A stretch of DNA of 63,356 nt, counting the filler, from Reticulomyxa filosa (lineage: Eukaryota > Protista > Foraminifera), in NCBI GenBank assembly GCA_000512085.1. It is 15 parts of 15 records of this genome, joined end to end, with 100 filler letters (N's around TTAATTAATTAA, not from the genome) between each part and the next. Parts side by side here need not be neighbours in the genome. Positions count along the whole stretch, not along the records: positions 1 to 15,406 come from ASPP01017037.1; positions 15,507 to 21,704 come from ASPP01000596.1; positions 21,805 to 24,442 come from ASPP01004741.1; positions 24,543 to 27,935 come from ASPP01021247.1; 11 more parts are not named here. One strand, written 5' to 3'. A program made the translations under genes and the position numbers. Position 1 is the stretch's first letter, and every line of letters begins with the position of its first letter. The notes below the pieces were generated by a model. The model saw only the letters and a list, made by a program, of their open reading frames with translations, ran no database searches and was not told the DNA's origin. Below are positions 11,592 to 24,611 of this stretch, in pieces.

Positions 11592-12019
11592 TAATATCAA
11601 AATATTGACTTGTAAAAACAATACAAAATTAATAAAATTAGTCGAATAAACTAATAACAATACGGACGATAATAAAAATCATGCAGCAGCAAATAACATG
11701 TTATCATAAACTAAAGATCCAATTGTACGTTCAAACAATGCTCATAATGACAAACTCAAGAAATAGTTGGCTTATCACATGATATAAAGTCAATTGGAAC
11801 GATTAAAAGTTCTTCACTTCCCCTTAGAATTTGTCAGACACTTATAGACTAAAGAAAATTACTAGTCTATAGAAGTACTGATGTTTTTGTTAAAAAATTT
11901 TTTTAACGAGAAAGCACGTTGCCTCAACTAGGCAAATAAGGGTGTATGTAGTACAACGTACTATGTGATATAGTCATATAATAATTTCTTCAACTCTATA
12001 TTTTTGAATTTACCTTTAC

Positions 12020-13400
12020 GTTTCCAAGTCGCAATTTAGACTCCGTTTCCCGTTGTCCACCATCAAGTTACAAATCTTGTTTTTTTATGTTTCTTCTTAT
12101 AATTGGCTTTTGCAAGAGTCGGATTGGAATAAACTTGAATTACACCTATTGTCGATCCAGGACTTACCAAATATCCTCTTGATGATGAAGTTTGTTTATT
12201 TTTTTGTAATCTTGACGAGTTGTATATTTGTATATTTGCATATTTGTATATTTGCATATTTACATATGTGTGTATTAAATACTTCCTTCATGCTTAAGGA
12301 ACTTGGAAAACAAATGCGAGTTATACTCGGCCATATCAAAACAAAAAATTTGAAATTAGCAATGATCCAATGGCTCAAAAATAGAGAAAACACGTCGGCA
12401 AAAGAGAGATCAATCCATTTGGGATATATCGCTATATGATGCATTTTTCAACTTGGATGTGCCATTGTTGTATCCAAAATACGAAGATTATGTCAATGAA
12501 TTCAGACAAATTTGCTCGATCATACAACCAGTATAGTTGTTTTTTTTTCCCCATTCAAATGAAACAAAGACACAATCGTTGTCTTGGCTTGTCTCAGGTA
12601 ATTGGTGATTGTCCACCAGAAAAAAAAGTCGTCAAGATGAAATTATTTTCAAACATATACGACCATTGTTCCCAAGACTACATCAATATATCGTATTCAC
12701 AACAATCTTAAAAATGCTTTTATTGTTTATTCTTTTATTTTATTTTATTTTTTCTGCCTTGCAGGAACAAAATGTTTCATCAATTTGTGAGTTCGTCTTG
12801 CGCTATATTCAAACTATACTAAAGAGTATTTTTGCGTCGGTTGAATTGCAATTGTTTGCAAACAAATATTTTCCTTTCGACATATTAACTAACTTTATAA
12901 AAAAACTTGGGGAAGTTGTATTGATTTTGTTCATTGAAAAGAAGTGTACATGAATCAAATCATGCCATTGAAAGAAGTTCTTTTTAAAAAATTGTCAAAA
13001 AATCTTTTTTTTTTTTGCAAAAGTGATACGATCATATTAACATATACACTCGATTCGATAAAACATTCTTTATTCTAAATATGCGCAGTCAATACATTGA
13101 AAACAATTCAGTAAATGAAGAGGAAGGAAAAAAAAAAAGGGATGCCGTGTGAGCTATTTGACATCTTGATGTTCTTCGATTCGGTCAAGGGGGGATTTGC
13201 CATCATTTCTTGAGGAAAACTGGATATCATGAACAGGTATTTTGTTTGACTTTTTGAGAAACTCGACGATAAAGTGAAAGATTTGTTCAAAATTTTTCTT
13301 TCGAGCTTTCAAATGTTCATTCTTGGTAACGACATTCAATAGTTCTTGATGTAACTTGTTCGAAATTGAGTCAAACACGTGCTACAAATCAGTTAAGTAC
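12020..13400 (-). pseudogene. Fragmented multi-exon hypothetical gene, probably a decayed member of a lineage-specific family
   Basis: Several short protein-like minus-strand ORFs (13154..13378, 12196..12444, 12063..12257) separated by intron-like DNA; no continuous frame could be built. Confidence 0.35.
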
Positions 13401-14475
13401 TCAAAAGGCCTAAACAAAAAACGTGTAAAAGCGTTTGAAATATAACGTAATTATACAATCTGTAAATAATTTGACAACTTTGACAACAATGAAATATGTT
13501 TTATTTATGTTGAGCTACAATTCCAAAATACTAAAGTATTGTTGAATGGCGTCATGAAAAAAATGCCGTACAAACACAACAGCTTATCTTGCATATTAGA
13601 AGTGACAGTCTCCAATTTTTTATTAAGTAAATCAGTTGTAATTCTGACAATTAGTAACAAAGTTGTTTTTGTGTTTTGTTATATCAGCAATTTTGAACAA
13701 AACAGAAACTATTTTAATACATTCTAAATTTGAAACAAATATGTAATTTCATTATCGATTTGCATTAAGTTACTAGCAAAGTATTCTAAGCTGTATGTAA
13801 TTTTTACCGTTCGTCATCATTCTATTTTAAAAAAACTTTAAAAAGTTCTCCGTAATAATTGTTTATTGCACTTGGTTTTAAGTTATATCAAATGGAAGAA
13901 ACTTCTAGCCTGTGCTTGTAAACTTCCTTTGGAATACTGATTTTTTTCAATTCTATTTCAGAATACTCAATGCATTGTATAAAGATGAAATCATGATGCG
14001 GATATTATTTTCTCTATTATACCTTCAAAAACACACTCAAAGTAATACGTAATATTCAGCCAATATTAATTTAGAAAAGCATTGTATTGTGAAGCTTGTA
14101 GATAACAACAATAAAAATATCAATAAAAAATGTTAAGAAATCTATTTAATCTGAGGAGTGGCTTTTCAGAAATTCAACAAATGTTGTATTTTTTATTATT
14201 ATTAGAGACCCAATTTTAGGTTCTTTCCAAAAAAGACTTTTTTCGCAGTGATTTTCAGAGCTACTCCAATTTAATAAAAATCTATTTTTCTTTAAATTCA
14301 TTCTCACCATTATGCTTGCAAAACTCCAGCAAACTTTTCCCAAAATAAGCGAAAGTGTTATTTCAGACGCATGGAACTGTTTTCAGACCGTGGAAAAAAC
14401 AGAAACTATCTTGAATTATGTTGCAGGAAATACGTTAAAGCTTTTATTTTTTTTATGATAAAAAAGGAAATATTG

Positions 14476-15406
14476 ATGGACAAATATAGCAAAACTCCGA
14501 AACAACAAGAACATTTAATGGGATTATTTGTGAAATTTTATGGTAAAGTTGAAAATGCAACAATATTACAGACATGGAGCAATTGCGAGCAAATGTATCA
14601 TGACACAGTTTTGAAATTAAAAGCAATTTGTTCCAACAATGAGTTGCGTGTTTATAAAATAACATTCATTACTATTGGTAAAAAAAAAAATGATTATTGC
14701 CAACACTTGGAATAAAATAGATTGAAAGAAGAAAGCAGTTTTAAAATAATAGGCGAAGTATGTTTACACATACTGTGGAATATTTTGAAATATCCTAAAT
14801 GCATAAAATATCGACGAATCAGTCATGAGATGTTATATAAAAATTTACAATTCAAATGTCAACAATTAGGTGACGGTATTAATTCAATGTTTAGCAATAT
14901 GGAAAATATTTTGCAAGAAATTGGATTTAAAAAAAGCAATGATAATAATTGGTATTATATAAATAATGATATTCAATTATCATTTTTGTGGATATCTTAC
15001 AGAGAATTTCTCAGGAAACAGATCATGTATTATTGACGTGTGTGTGTGTGTGTGTATCTATTTTGTGCATATAATAAAATGACAGTTATTTAAAAAAAAC
15101 ATATCATATCATTTGAAATAAAAGATACAACAGGCACGCTGATACCCCAACAACTGTCTGTATGTTATCCAATGGAAAATGGAAAAATTATGAAATTGTA
15201 TTTGATTATCAACATCGAACAATAATGTTAGCTAATAAAAATAAATCAAAAATAAAATCATTACAACTTGGAAATCCAAAAAAATCATCATTGGAATTCA
15301 ATGTGAGTATTCAATATTACAATGACGTTGACATTCATCAAACACATGCCAAATGGGCTTGTCTCATTCTCAATCATACTTGGCACTTCCGTACAACTAT
15401 TTCTTT
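14476..15406 (+). CDS. PUB/PUG-domain protein, 5' part (truncated by contig end)
   Basis: 'HILWNILKYPKCIKYRRIS...ENILQEIGF' matches the PUB consensus NI...P...KYR.I...L...GF. Three exons with introns at ~14648-14720 and ~15038-15124. Confidence 0.7.
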
Positions 15407-15506
15407 NNNNNNNNNNNNNNNNNNNNNNNNNNNNNNNNNNNNNNNNNNNNTTAATTAATTAANNNNNNNNNNNNNNNNNNNNNNNNNNNNNNNNNNNNNN
15501 NNNNNN
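15407..15506. other. Artificial contig spacer N44-TTAATTAATTAA-N44 (first of 14)
   Basis: Identical 100-bp linkers with stops in all six frames start at about 15407, 21705, 24443, 27936, 31459, 32737, 34245, 43451, 49026, 50936, 56801, 58867, 60407 and 62156. Confidence 0.99.
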
Positions 15507-16690
15507 TTGGTCTTTTCCCCTTTGGTTGTTTAAGGATTTTGCATGAAACATGCGATTAGTTGATTACTTTGTAAGACATTGTATTCTTAGTACTGTATCC
15601 CGTGTGAGTGAGGTGGTGTTATTTCTTTTTGAATCTCGACAATACAACTTTTTCCATCTAAAAAAAAAATGTTGGTATTCTTAATGTTAATTTCATATCT
15701 TGATCAATTACCAATCCCCCATCTGCATCAATGTTGGGATTGTAATTGCTGGAATTCCAATTTCATCTCTGCTAATTCACGTTTTAGGATAAGATTTCAT
15801 CAGCATCTGCTTTTTTATTTTGCTGTTTTTGATCGTTATTGATATTTCTTTTATTCACTATTGAATATCCAATCTGAATGTCTTTCAATATCTTAACGAT
15901 ATCACTTGAATTAGATACATTACTTTGACAATCGGCATTTTATGGAATCGTTTCACCTCGTTTTTTCTTTTGTTCAGCAGCAAATGTCTTACGATAAATA
16001 TCACATCTTAGCTGCTTTGTAATTCTTTGGTTATCGTTACTGTTGTTCAATTTGCACATTTTTAGGATCATTGGAGTTATGAGCTGACTCAGTTGCTGCT
16101 CATTAACATCAACTGCAAATGAACAAATAATGTCCTGAAATTTCCAGAAAATGTATGTGCCAATACTTTCTGGACAATACAAGTAACTTAATTACTGCTG
16201 TCGCTGATTTGAATCTTTGGATTTGATATTTGTGACGATAATCGTTGGAGTGTTAAAACACATAAATTGCCATCGCACTTTCATCGCCCGTTGCCAGTAA
16301 AAGAGTTACTATCTCAATTACCAGGAGTTTGCACCTCGGTACACTTAAGCAACTGAGGACAAGATACGCTGTAAGTTTAAAAGCACTTCCACAACACACT
16401 AGATGCTGAACCGACATCGAAACCACCCAAAAATGAACTACAATAAAAAACGTTGCCAAAGGGTAACAAAATGTTTAAAGTCACACTCCTGCCACAATCT
16501 CACAAAATCCAACTACTATAAAAAATTTTTACTAGTTAAAAATTTTCTAGTTAGAATTTTCTTCTTTGTTTCTTGTTCAGAAATTTCTTGACTATGCACA
16601 TTTGAAATACTTTACTTTCAAAATCTCCTTCAAAACTTAAGAGATGTCGAAGTATCTCCCAAAGGGACCCTTGGATTCCCTCTGAGCTGC
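15507..16690 (-). mobile_element. Degenerate repeat, probably the 5' region/ORF1 of a non-LTR retrotransposon
   Basis: The reverse complement shares blocks with 55230-55430 (GACATC..AAGTTTTGAA.GAGATTT, TTTTTTATAGTAGTT) and with 56390-56480 (TTCATTTTT..GG, GTGGAAGTGCTTTTAAA..C..GTATCTT), which precede a LINE ORF1-like zinc knuckle. Confidence 0.55.
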
Positions 16691-17039
16691 ACAGAGGGAG
16701 GTAAGGCTATCAAATGTATGATTATCACATAAGGTTTTGGGATTAAATTATATCATTTTGAAATGTTATAAAAGGATGCAACCTGAACAAATTTTTAAAT
16801 AAAATTATTGCCTCAATGTTGAAGCTTGAATGTTATTTGTTGGTTACTTTATTGCAAAATTTGTCTTGTGTTTGCGTGTCTCTTTTTATGGACGTGCTCA
16901 TTCGTTTTACAGCAAAAATTCTAGTGATGTACGAGGAAGTTAAAAATGTGTCTTTGAAAACAGTTGTGATGTACGTGTATATTCAGTTTTGAACGTTCTG
17001 TTTTTAAAAATTTTTATCATTCTTTGAGAAAAAAAGTTC

Positions 17040-17250
17040 AAATAATTTTTTCAATGGACTGAAAGTATTGTTTGATGGTAAAATGAATAATATTGGCGTG
17101 ATTGGTGGAAATAGATATTAAAGAATATTGCGTTTTAAATTTTTACAATTAAAAAAATAAAAGAAGATAAGCAGTTGTGACATTTGTTGTACTAATCGTG
17201 TTACGGTCCATGTTGTGGTTTGATTCATATTTGTGGATATTGAAGACATT
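17040..17250 (+). pseudogene. Decayed WD40-family gene fragment
   Basis: 'NNIGVIGGNRY' and 'CYGPCCGLIHI' resemble motifs of the expanded WD40 family; many stops. Confidence 0.45.
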
Positions 17251-18494
17251 ATGTTGACTGATCTGACTTTGAATGAATTAAATGAGAAGAATTTTTCAAT
17301 TATTTCTTTTTTTTCTCAATAAAAAAATTAAAATGAAAGTGACACAATTCCGATTGAGCGGCACGACACGACCTCAGCCACGAAATAAACTGCAGAAAGT
17401 TGCGGAGCGAACAGATAATTGACCTGAAGCACCACCAAATACTTGCAGTACATACTGCAGCACATCATTGACGCTTCCCTGTTGAAAAGGCTACAGGCCA
17501 AATGAACAATCCACTCTCCCGTCTGTTAGCATTGATCATTATTGTTACTTTATTGACTATTGTGCTTGCCGTGACTAAAAGCCATCTTATAATTATTACC
17601 TCGATCAAGTCACTTGTGTGAGATAGTGATCAACACACAAGTCGAGTAGTAGGCTCCTACAGCAATAACGTCTCAAAGAAATCCACATCGTCACAATTCC
17701 ATGAAGAAAAGAATAATCGACATAGTTTCCATATTTGCTTATTTTCTCTTCAAGTTATGAGGAATTCTGCGCTTGTCTCTTTTTTTTTGCATATTACTGT
17801 TATGATAATAGCGGTCGACGCGAAAAAACTGCGGCCGCCACGAAAGAGATAGCTAAACCTCCTTGCAAAGTGCGCAGCGTAGGCGCACGCGACAGTGGCA
17901 GCAGGCTGAACAACAGGAGATATAACATTGCCATTGCTATGCACTTATTATAATTGTTCAGCAATTTTTCCAGGCGCAGCCAATCTGATTTAGTGCTAAT
18001 TATAGTACTTACATTTTATAAACTGCTGTGATCACCGTTTACAGTCTTGCTTTCTTTAATATGCTTACATCCGCTGACTGGACTGCCGAATTTACATGGA
18101 CTACTAAGTGCATGTATTACCTACGTTCGGTTGCTGGCTGTCCAATCTGGTACCAAAGATCGAACTATTGCATTTTAAATGATTAGAACTAGATCGCTAA
18201 AACTTGTACAATGTCCATGAAATTCGTATATTTATCTTGGTATAATTTAACGAATTGTATTGCTTTTGTATAGGCTTAATGGACCAAGTTATTGTTATTA
18301 TTAATAAATAAAGTATAATCACGTGATGTGACATTTTTTTTGTTTACAGAATTCTATTATGTGGATTATTATAGTATATTATTGTGTCATGTTTATTATT
18401 GTTATTATTATTTTTTTGTTAAGTTATTATTTTTTATTTAATATATATTTATAATATGTCAAATTAAATGGATCTACCACAAGTTGTTGCAATC

Positions 18495-18800
18495 TGAAAA
18501 TTTTATGCAATGCTTATCCACACTGGCGGCACAATGAATGGACATTACTATGCAAAGACCTGAGACTGTGAGATTGTTCGAGTTCAACGACAGCACCGTC
18601 ACCAAAATACTTTCGCAAGTGCTCACATACGTAAAGTGGCGACTAGTCGTATGATAGTGCTGACAAGAAGGAGCCCAATTCCGCAGCATACATGTTGGTC
18701 TACAGTCCGAAAAACACATCAAAGAATTTGAATGTTGTGTTGAATGATAATATTCCGACAGGATTGGCCTAGGAGATTGCCAAAGAGAACGAAGTGTGTT
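18495..18800 (+). pseudogene. Ubiquitin-specific protease (USP/C19) His-box pseudogene fragment
   Basis: 'YAMLIHTGGTMNGHYYAK*', then frameshifted 'FEFNDSTVTKI' and 'NSAAYMLVY': the USP His-box, FND and AYMLxY motifs in order, with stops. Confidence 0.8.
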
Positions 18801-19851
18801 TGCGTCAAAGATATTAGTATGAATTCCTGCGTTATTATTTTTTTTTTCGCAAAGCTGTTGAAGCTCTGCAAGGTCAAACAGGTCCGCTTGGTGTCCCAAG
18901 CACATAAAATCTCATTGCTCCTATCAAATCATTTTTTTGTTTTACTTTAAATGGAGAATTCATCTTCATAAAGTGCCATTTTGTCAGGACCTTTGTATTT
19001 TATCAAGTGTTGACACCACATTATATGCATTATCAGCCCTTCTATTAACAAGTAAATAAAGAACTGTTGACATGTTGTTGAATGACAAAAGATTAAGACA
19101 GGTAATTTTTTTATGTAAATATATGAGAATGGTGAATGGAAACAAAAGTGAATTTGGACGGAACTTGCATTACGGAAATTGTCTCCTTATTCTTGTCGGA
19201 GATCAATTTGGAGAGCTGTGCTCTCTGGTGTGCCAATAGCGTCGGCAACTGGATAAAATATGAAGCGCATAGCTTTTGTGTGTACGATCCAGTTCTGTGA
19301 CCATATTCACATTTGAAGGTAATATCATTTTATCTCTTTTTAAATCAATTAGATGAAGCAATCTTCTTTCAATAACTAGCACATATTTCAAATTTTTCTA
19401 TTTTAATTAAACGTTCTACTTTCGTGAAAATGTAGTTGCTACAATCAAATAAAACGATTTTTTACTTATAAATGGAAAGAGTGCTTTTTTTTAGACAGTT
19501 TTTGATAGCTTTTTGTACGATTGTTGTTTGCAATAGCATCGATCAATACTTTTTTTTGAGGCTTTTCATGATTAATTAATAAATTAATCTGTCCGGTCGG
19601 TTACCTTTTACAGATCTGATTTTTTTGGTTAGATCACATTTTTTCACATGAAATGTATTTAATTCCTTTGGGTCAATCTAAATCAAGTTTGTTAAAAAAA
19701 AGGTAATTCCCTCAAATTTTCATTAAGCGAAATTAACAAAATTATCTCAAACTAAATTTTTCATCCTTAGTGTAATTTATATTACACAAATTATAATATA
19801 ACAGACTTTTGACCAAAAAACTTTCATAAGACTGTCTCTCTTTTATTCACC

Positions 19852-21704
19852 ATGGAAGAAAGCAAAAAAGAGGAAGACACAATAGAAAAGAGAATACATA
19901 TATGGTTGAAGGATGAAGCAAAAATAGATGCCGGAGAAGCATTAAAGATTGCATCTTACTTACACCAAACGCTAAAACTAACAGAAAAGGACGACATAGT
20001 GATGGTGGAGCCAAAAGAGTGGAAAAGTATGTTTGCGCAGGTAGAATTAGCTACAATATCAAAGAAAAAGCTGCTAAAGTTGGTAAATGCAATGAGAGAA
20101 AAAGCAGAGGATAGCGTATTGGATATTAAAGATTTAGTGGATTGTGTCTCAAGGTCAAAAGACACATTTAAATTTTCTTTTTTACAAATGCGTATAGTCG
20201 TTGTTGCTCAAACAACAATAAAAAGGAATGTGTTGTGTTGGGCGACGCTTTGATGTATTGTTGACATAGACAAGAATATACATACATCTCACAAGTTCTT
20301 GACAGCTCAGCGAGTACTATTTTGGAGGTACCTCTTTATATTTGAAAGAGAAAAAAAAATGAGTGAGTAACGACTATAAATAAATCTCAAAAAAAAAAAA
20401 AGAAAAACAAACTAGCATTCTTCAACGTAAATGACGAAAGATGGAAAATGTTTGGGTTGAAAGCTGGAGACGAAATATTGTGTAGGTACACATCTGATCC
20501 AAATCATGCGCTGCGAGTGGACAGTATTGAACGTCCTCCCTACTATGAAAGCAACGTAAACGAAGACGACGAATCTCAATTTGTGTCTGTGCGATTGCAC
20601 AGTTCAAAGACGGTATATATTTGTCCTTGCATCTTCAATATGCATGTACACCATTGCTATCTTTTCTATCTCCACATTTGCAAAGGAACAGCCCACCAAA
20701 GTGAAGATTGTCGGCAGTGCATGGAGAGTCGGAGACAAAGTCAAGTTTCAGTGCAGAATTGATGGTAATGCGTGGACAGCAATTAACATTGACCTTCTTG
20801 ATCGAGCGTCTTTGTTCCGTGTTTTTTTTTATCTATATGTACATATCTACATGTACATATATGTATATGTACGTGTAGATTAAATTTATTTTTGCCTCTA
20901 ATGCCACAAAAAAAAAAAAAAAAATTTAACATTATTACTCAAGTAAAACATGCACGCTAAACAAACATTAGACGGAACATAGGGATTATCGAACCAAAGA
21001 CAGCGGTGAAAAACAAGCAAGCCCAAGCGGTTCGAATTTTGGAGTGGGCTGAGAACCCTTTGGAAGGTAAAATTCAAAAATTTGGAGTCAGGTGCATATA
21101 TACAGTACATGCACATTGTATATGACAAACAATGTGTGGGACAGAAAAATTGGAGGGAAAAGAAGACGTGCCTGATTTCGTAAGCGAATACACAGAGCTG
21201 TACAGTCGTCTTTTCGAGGATAATGAAAGTGGAAAGGAAGATGAGAACGAGCGTGCGTATAAGAAGCGCTTGAAAGCATGGGTCGCATTGGAAACAGCCA
21301 AATATGTGATGGATGAATGCATCAATACCAAATGTCAAGTTTCAGAGGAGTTGATAAAACGAGTTATGCAAAACTTTGATCACAAAGATTCCAATATGGG
21401 CCAAGTGATAATATCCTTGGACAATTTCATTCGCGAGTACCATGAGATAAACGAAGGGGATATGGACTTGACCAAAGTGCAAAACAAATTGAAGCAAATC
21501 GAAATCATCCTATCGCCAGACTCGGAACGACAAAACAATTTTTATATTGTCTCGCAAGAGTACGGAGACAAGCAATTGAAACAAATTCGGATATATCTTT
21601 GTTGTCCAACGTATACTGAGGTCAAATCAAATCGCGTTCCGCGTGTCTCTTTTCCCAGTGCAGCCACAGGTACGACTCCATTTTCCTTTTCAAAAAAAAA
21701 AAAA
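19852..21704 (+). CDS. Multi-exon hypothetical protein with an N-terminal SAM-like domain and possible cold-shock/OB-like repeats (truncated by contig end)
   Basis: The N-terminus 'IHIWLKDEAKI...DDIVMVEPKEWKSMF...ISKKKLLKLV' fits a SAM helical pattern. 'FFNVNDERWKMFGLKAGDEILC' and 'WRVGDKVKFQCRIDGNAWTAINIDL' resemble CSD/S1 strands. A 206-aa open exon starts at 21132. Exact splicing is unresolved. Confidence 0.55.
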
Positions 21705-21804
21705 NNNNNNNNNNNNNNNNNNNNNNNNNNNNNNNNNNNNNNNNNNNNTTAATTAATTAANNNNNNNNNNNNNNNNNNNNNNNNNNNNNNNNNNNNNNNN
21801 NNNN

Positions 21805-24442
21805 GAAATCAATTGTGAGCCGATCTCCATCTTTGTGAAAGAAGTTGGAGCGAATTGCAACGTATCAGGCCTCCCTCCAATCCACTGAACTAACTTTTCG
21901 GCAAAGTCATTGGAGATCGTATATCCAATTTCGTGACGATGACTAGCAGCAGTCTTTAAGCCAAATACGCCGACATAGTTTTGAACGAGCCATTGCAATA
22001 CCTCATTGATTTCGTTTTCATTAACACGGTCTTGGTTCAATGAATTCTGAACAAGGATCGATAGAGCTTTTAAGGAATCGATATTGTCAAACTGGTAATT
22101 GGCAAAGCGCTCTTTAATCGAACGAGTGAGTGCACCATTTCTAGTTTGATATTTGGCGGCAGTAACACATAACATTGATAGCTTCAATAAATCCCATCGC
22201 CGACTCAAGTTTTTTGTCAAGTCTTTGTTGGAACATCCCTGATTCAGCCATTGCATAACATGTTCAAGGGCTTGTGAGATTGACGACAAATGGTCCAATT
22301 TATGCTTCATGTTTTCAACTGATGTTATTTCCAACGATTTTTGCATCATGTCCAATACAATTGCGAGCATTTTCGCTACGTACTCATGTAATGTTAGTTG
22401 ATTCTGCCAAATGTTTTCCATTTTTTCTAGATCTCTCCTTGAATAATCATACACAACAAACAATATATGCACAAAATTGCAAAGCAAATCCTCATGGGAC
22501 CACAGGATTGCATACACTTCTGTCACTTGGAATTTGATATCCTCCACTACCACTGTCTCTATCTTTTTCTCTTCCTCCACCACCTCTTTTTTCTCTTCTT
22601 CCTCTTTTGTCTCTTTTTTGACGATGGCAACATCCTTCTTCGGTTTGGAGCCACCAAACATTTTGAAAGCGTCCATGGACGCATAATCCACAAATTTATA
22701 GATATTGTTGATCAATATATTGTAAATTTGCTGCGGAAATCGATTCAAACCAAATGTGGTATTGGCTTCCAAATGCACAATATCGTGCAACAATCTTTGC
22801 ATCATGTCTCTGGACAAGCAGTTCAAATCGATCTTCAATGGCGTCGTTTGAATGAAGGCATGGATTTGCAAGATCAAAAATTTCAACAAACGTTCGTTAA
22901 TATTCTGTTTGGTTCGTTCGTAGATTTCAAAGCAAGTATCACGGAATGAAGACAAGTACGCATGAACACGAGCGCTAAATGGGAAACAAGCACCACCAGG
23001 GATATCATCTTTGAGAATAAATTGACGATCTTGATTAGCTTGAGTGCATTGAGATACTCGTACAATTTTGGGCTCACTCAAGAGTTGTAAAAACAATTCG
23101 TCGATTTTGGTGTTCGGCTCTTTTGTCGAACGATACAACGAAGATGTCCTGTTTTCAAACACAAGGACTAACATCTCAGCTAATATCAATTTAACTTTTT
23201 GCGCCAAAATTTTCATTAATTCACTTCTCAATGATCCCCTTTCTCTTAATGGCAGTCTCAATAGTCTCAAACACTGAGTGGCTCCATTTTCAGGATCGGA
23301 CAACACGTCTTGCAATCTGCCTCTCAGTGTACATTGGAAATCCCCACCGTCAATTGGTTCTGAAAGGAGATACTGTTTGAATATGTGAATGCCGCGATAG
23401 AATCCATCTTGGTTTCGAGCATTTATGGAAATGGAATTGAGAGCCAGTTCGAATGAATTCTCCAACAATTTGGAGTTGTTTGGTTCAATTCGTTCGCAAA
23501 TTTGTGTGAGTGCGTTTTTATCGAAGAGATTGATATCATTGATTTGCACTTCGTTTAAATAATCCGCCGGCAACAGTGCATCAACAAATACATGTTTCCA
23601 CATGGAACTAAAGATTAACGGATATGATGGCTGTGCCAATGACTCTTTGGATTGTGTTTGGACACGATTAGTATATATCAACATAATCAATGTCTTCAAT
23701 ACTTTTACCGTTTTATTTTCTTTGTTTGCTTTCAATTGACTTGTGTAAGCCTTTTCCACAAGATATTGCGCGTGCAAATAATGCATCAACATCGATTCGC
23801 TCATCACTGGATCGCATGCCAAGACTAACACTCCATGCATGTTTGGAGTGGAATGATCACGGAAGAAATCCAGCACGTACGTAAACAAATCCGTTTCTTG
23901 CACAAAATCACGGAGGTTTTTGAGTCGAATTTCGGTCATTTGGTTTGTGTCCAGTATGCGTTTTTCGCCTTTCACAATCATTTGATAAGTGTCTGTCAAT
24001 TCTTGCGCGGACTTTGGAACATAGCTGCGTTGTGATAAATCATCTCGCGTAATTACATATGTATGACTATTCTTTGTTAACACATAGCCACCAATCAATT
24101 GGAAGTCGTGCGTTACTACTTTTGACAATACGTGTGGATTCCCTTTATTGGCCCCTTCTCGTTCCAATACATCCAACTATTTTTTGTTTTGTTTTGAAAT
24201 TATATGTACGTATAATCAATCATTTGAAAAAAAAACAACATATGACTAAACGATGTCAGCATAAGCAATAAATTTTCTTCGTTTGTTTCTATCATCAATC
24301 AAATGTTGCAAAGCAGTGTTTTGCAACAGCAATTGAAAGCATTTTTGAGACGCTTGTTCGATTTCATCAGTATTGTCTTCTTGCTTTTTTTCGTTAGGTT
24401 CATCGCGGTCGTGGGTTTTGGAGGCTGCCACTTCATTCATTA
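21805..24442 (-). CDS. Internal fragment of a giant RNF213/mysterin-like protein (region C-terminal to the AAA+ core)
   Basis: A ~790-codon uninterrupted exon plus an upstream exon. 'YPLIFSSMWKHVFVDALLP' and 'ACFPFSARVHAYL' resemble the RNF213 motifs F...W..VHIDDL and PFSW.I..YL in the same order. Both ends are truncated and no Walker or RING motif is visible. Confidence 0.6.
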
Positions 24443-24611
24443 NNNNNNNNNNNNNNNNNNNNNNNNNNNNNNNNNNNNNNNNNNNNTTAATTAATTAANN
24501 NNNNNNNNNNNNNNNNNNNNNNNNNNNNNNNNNNNNNNNNNNACACACACACACTGTCGCAAAACTCTGATGAATGATCATACTTATTACAACATGAAAA
24601 TTAGGAACGGA

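Noticed and set aside
19852-24442. SAM-OB gene converging on the RNF213-like gene as a defence locus
   Set aside because: They are on different contigs separated by a spacer, so the adjacency is artificial.
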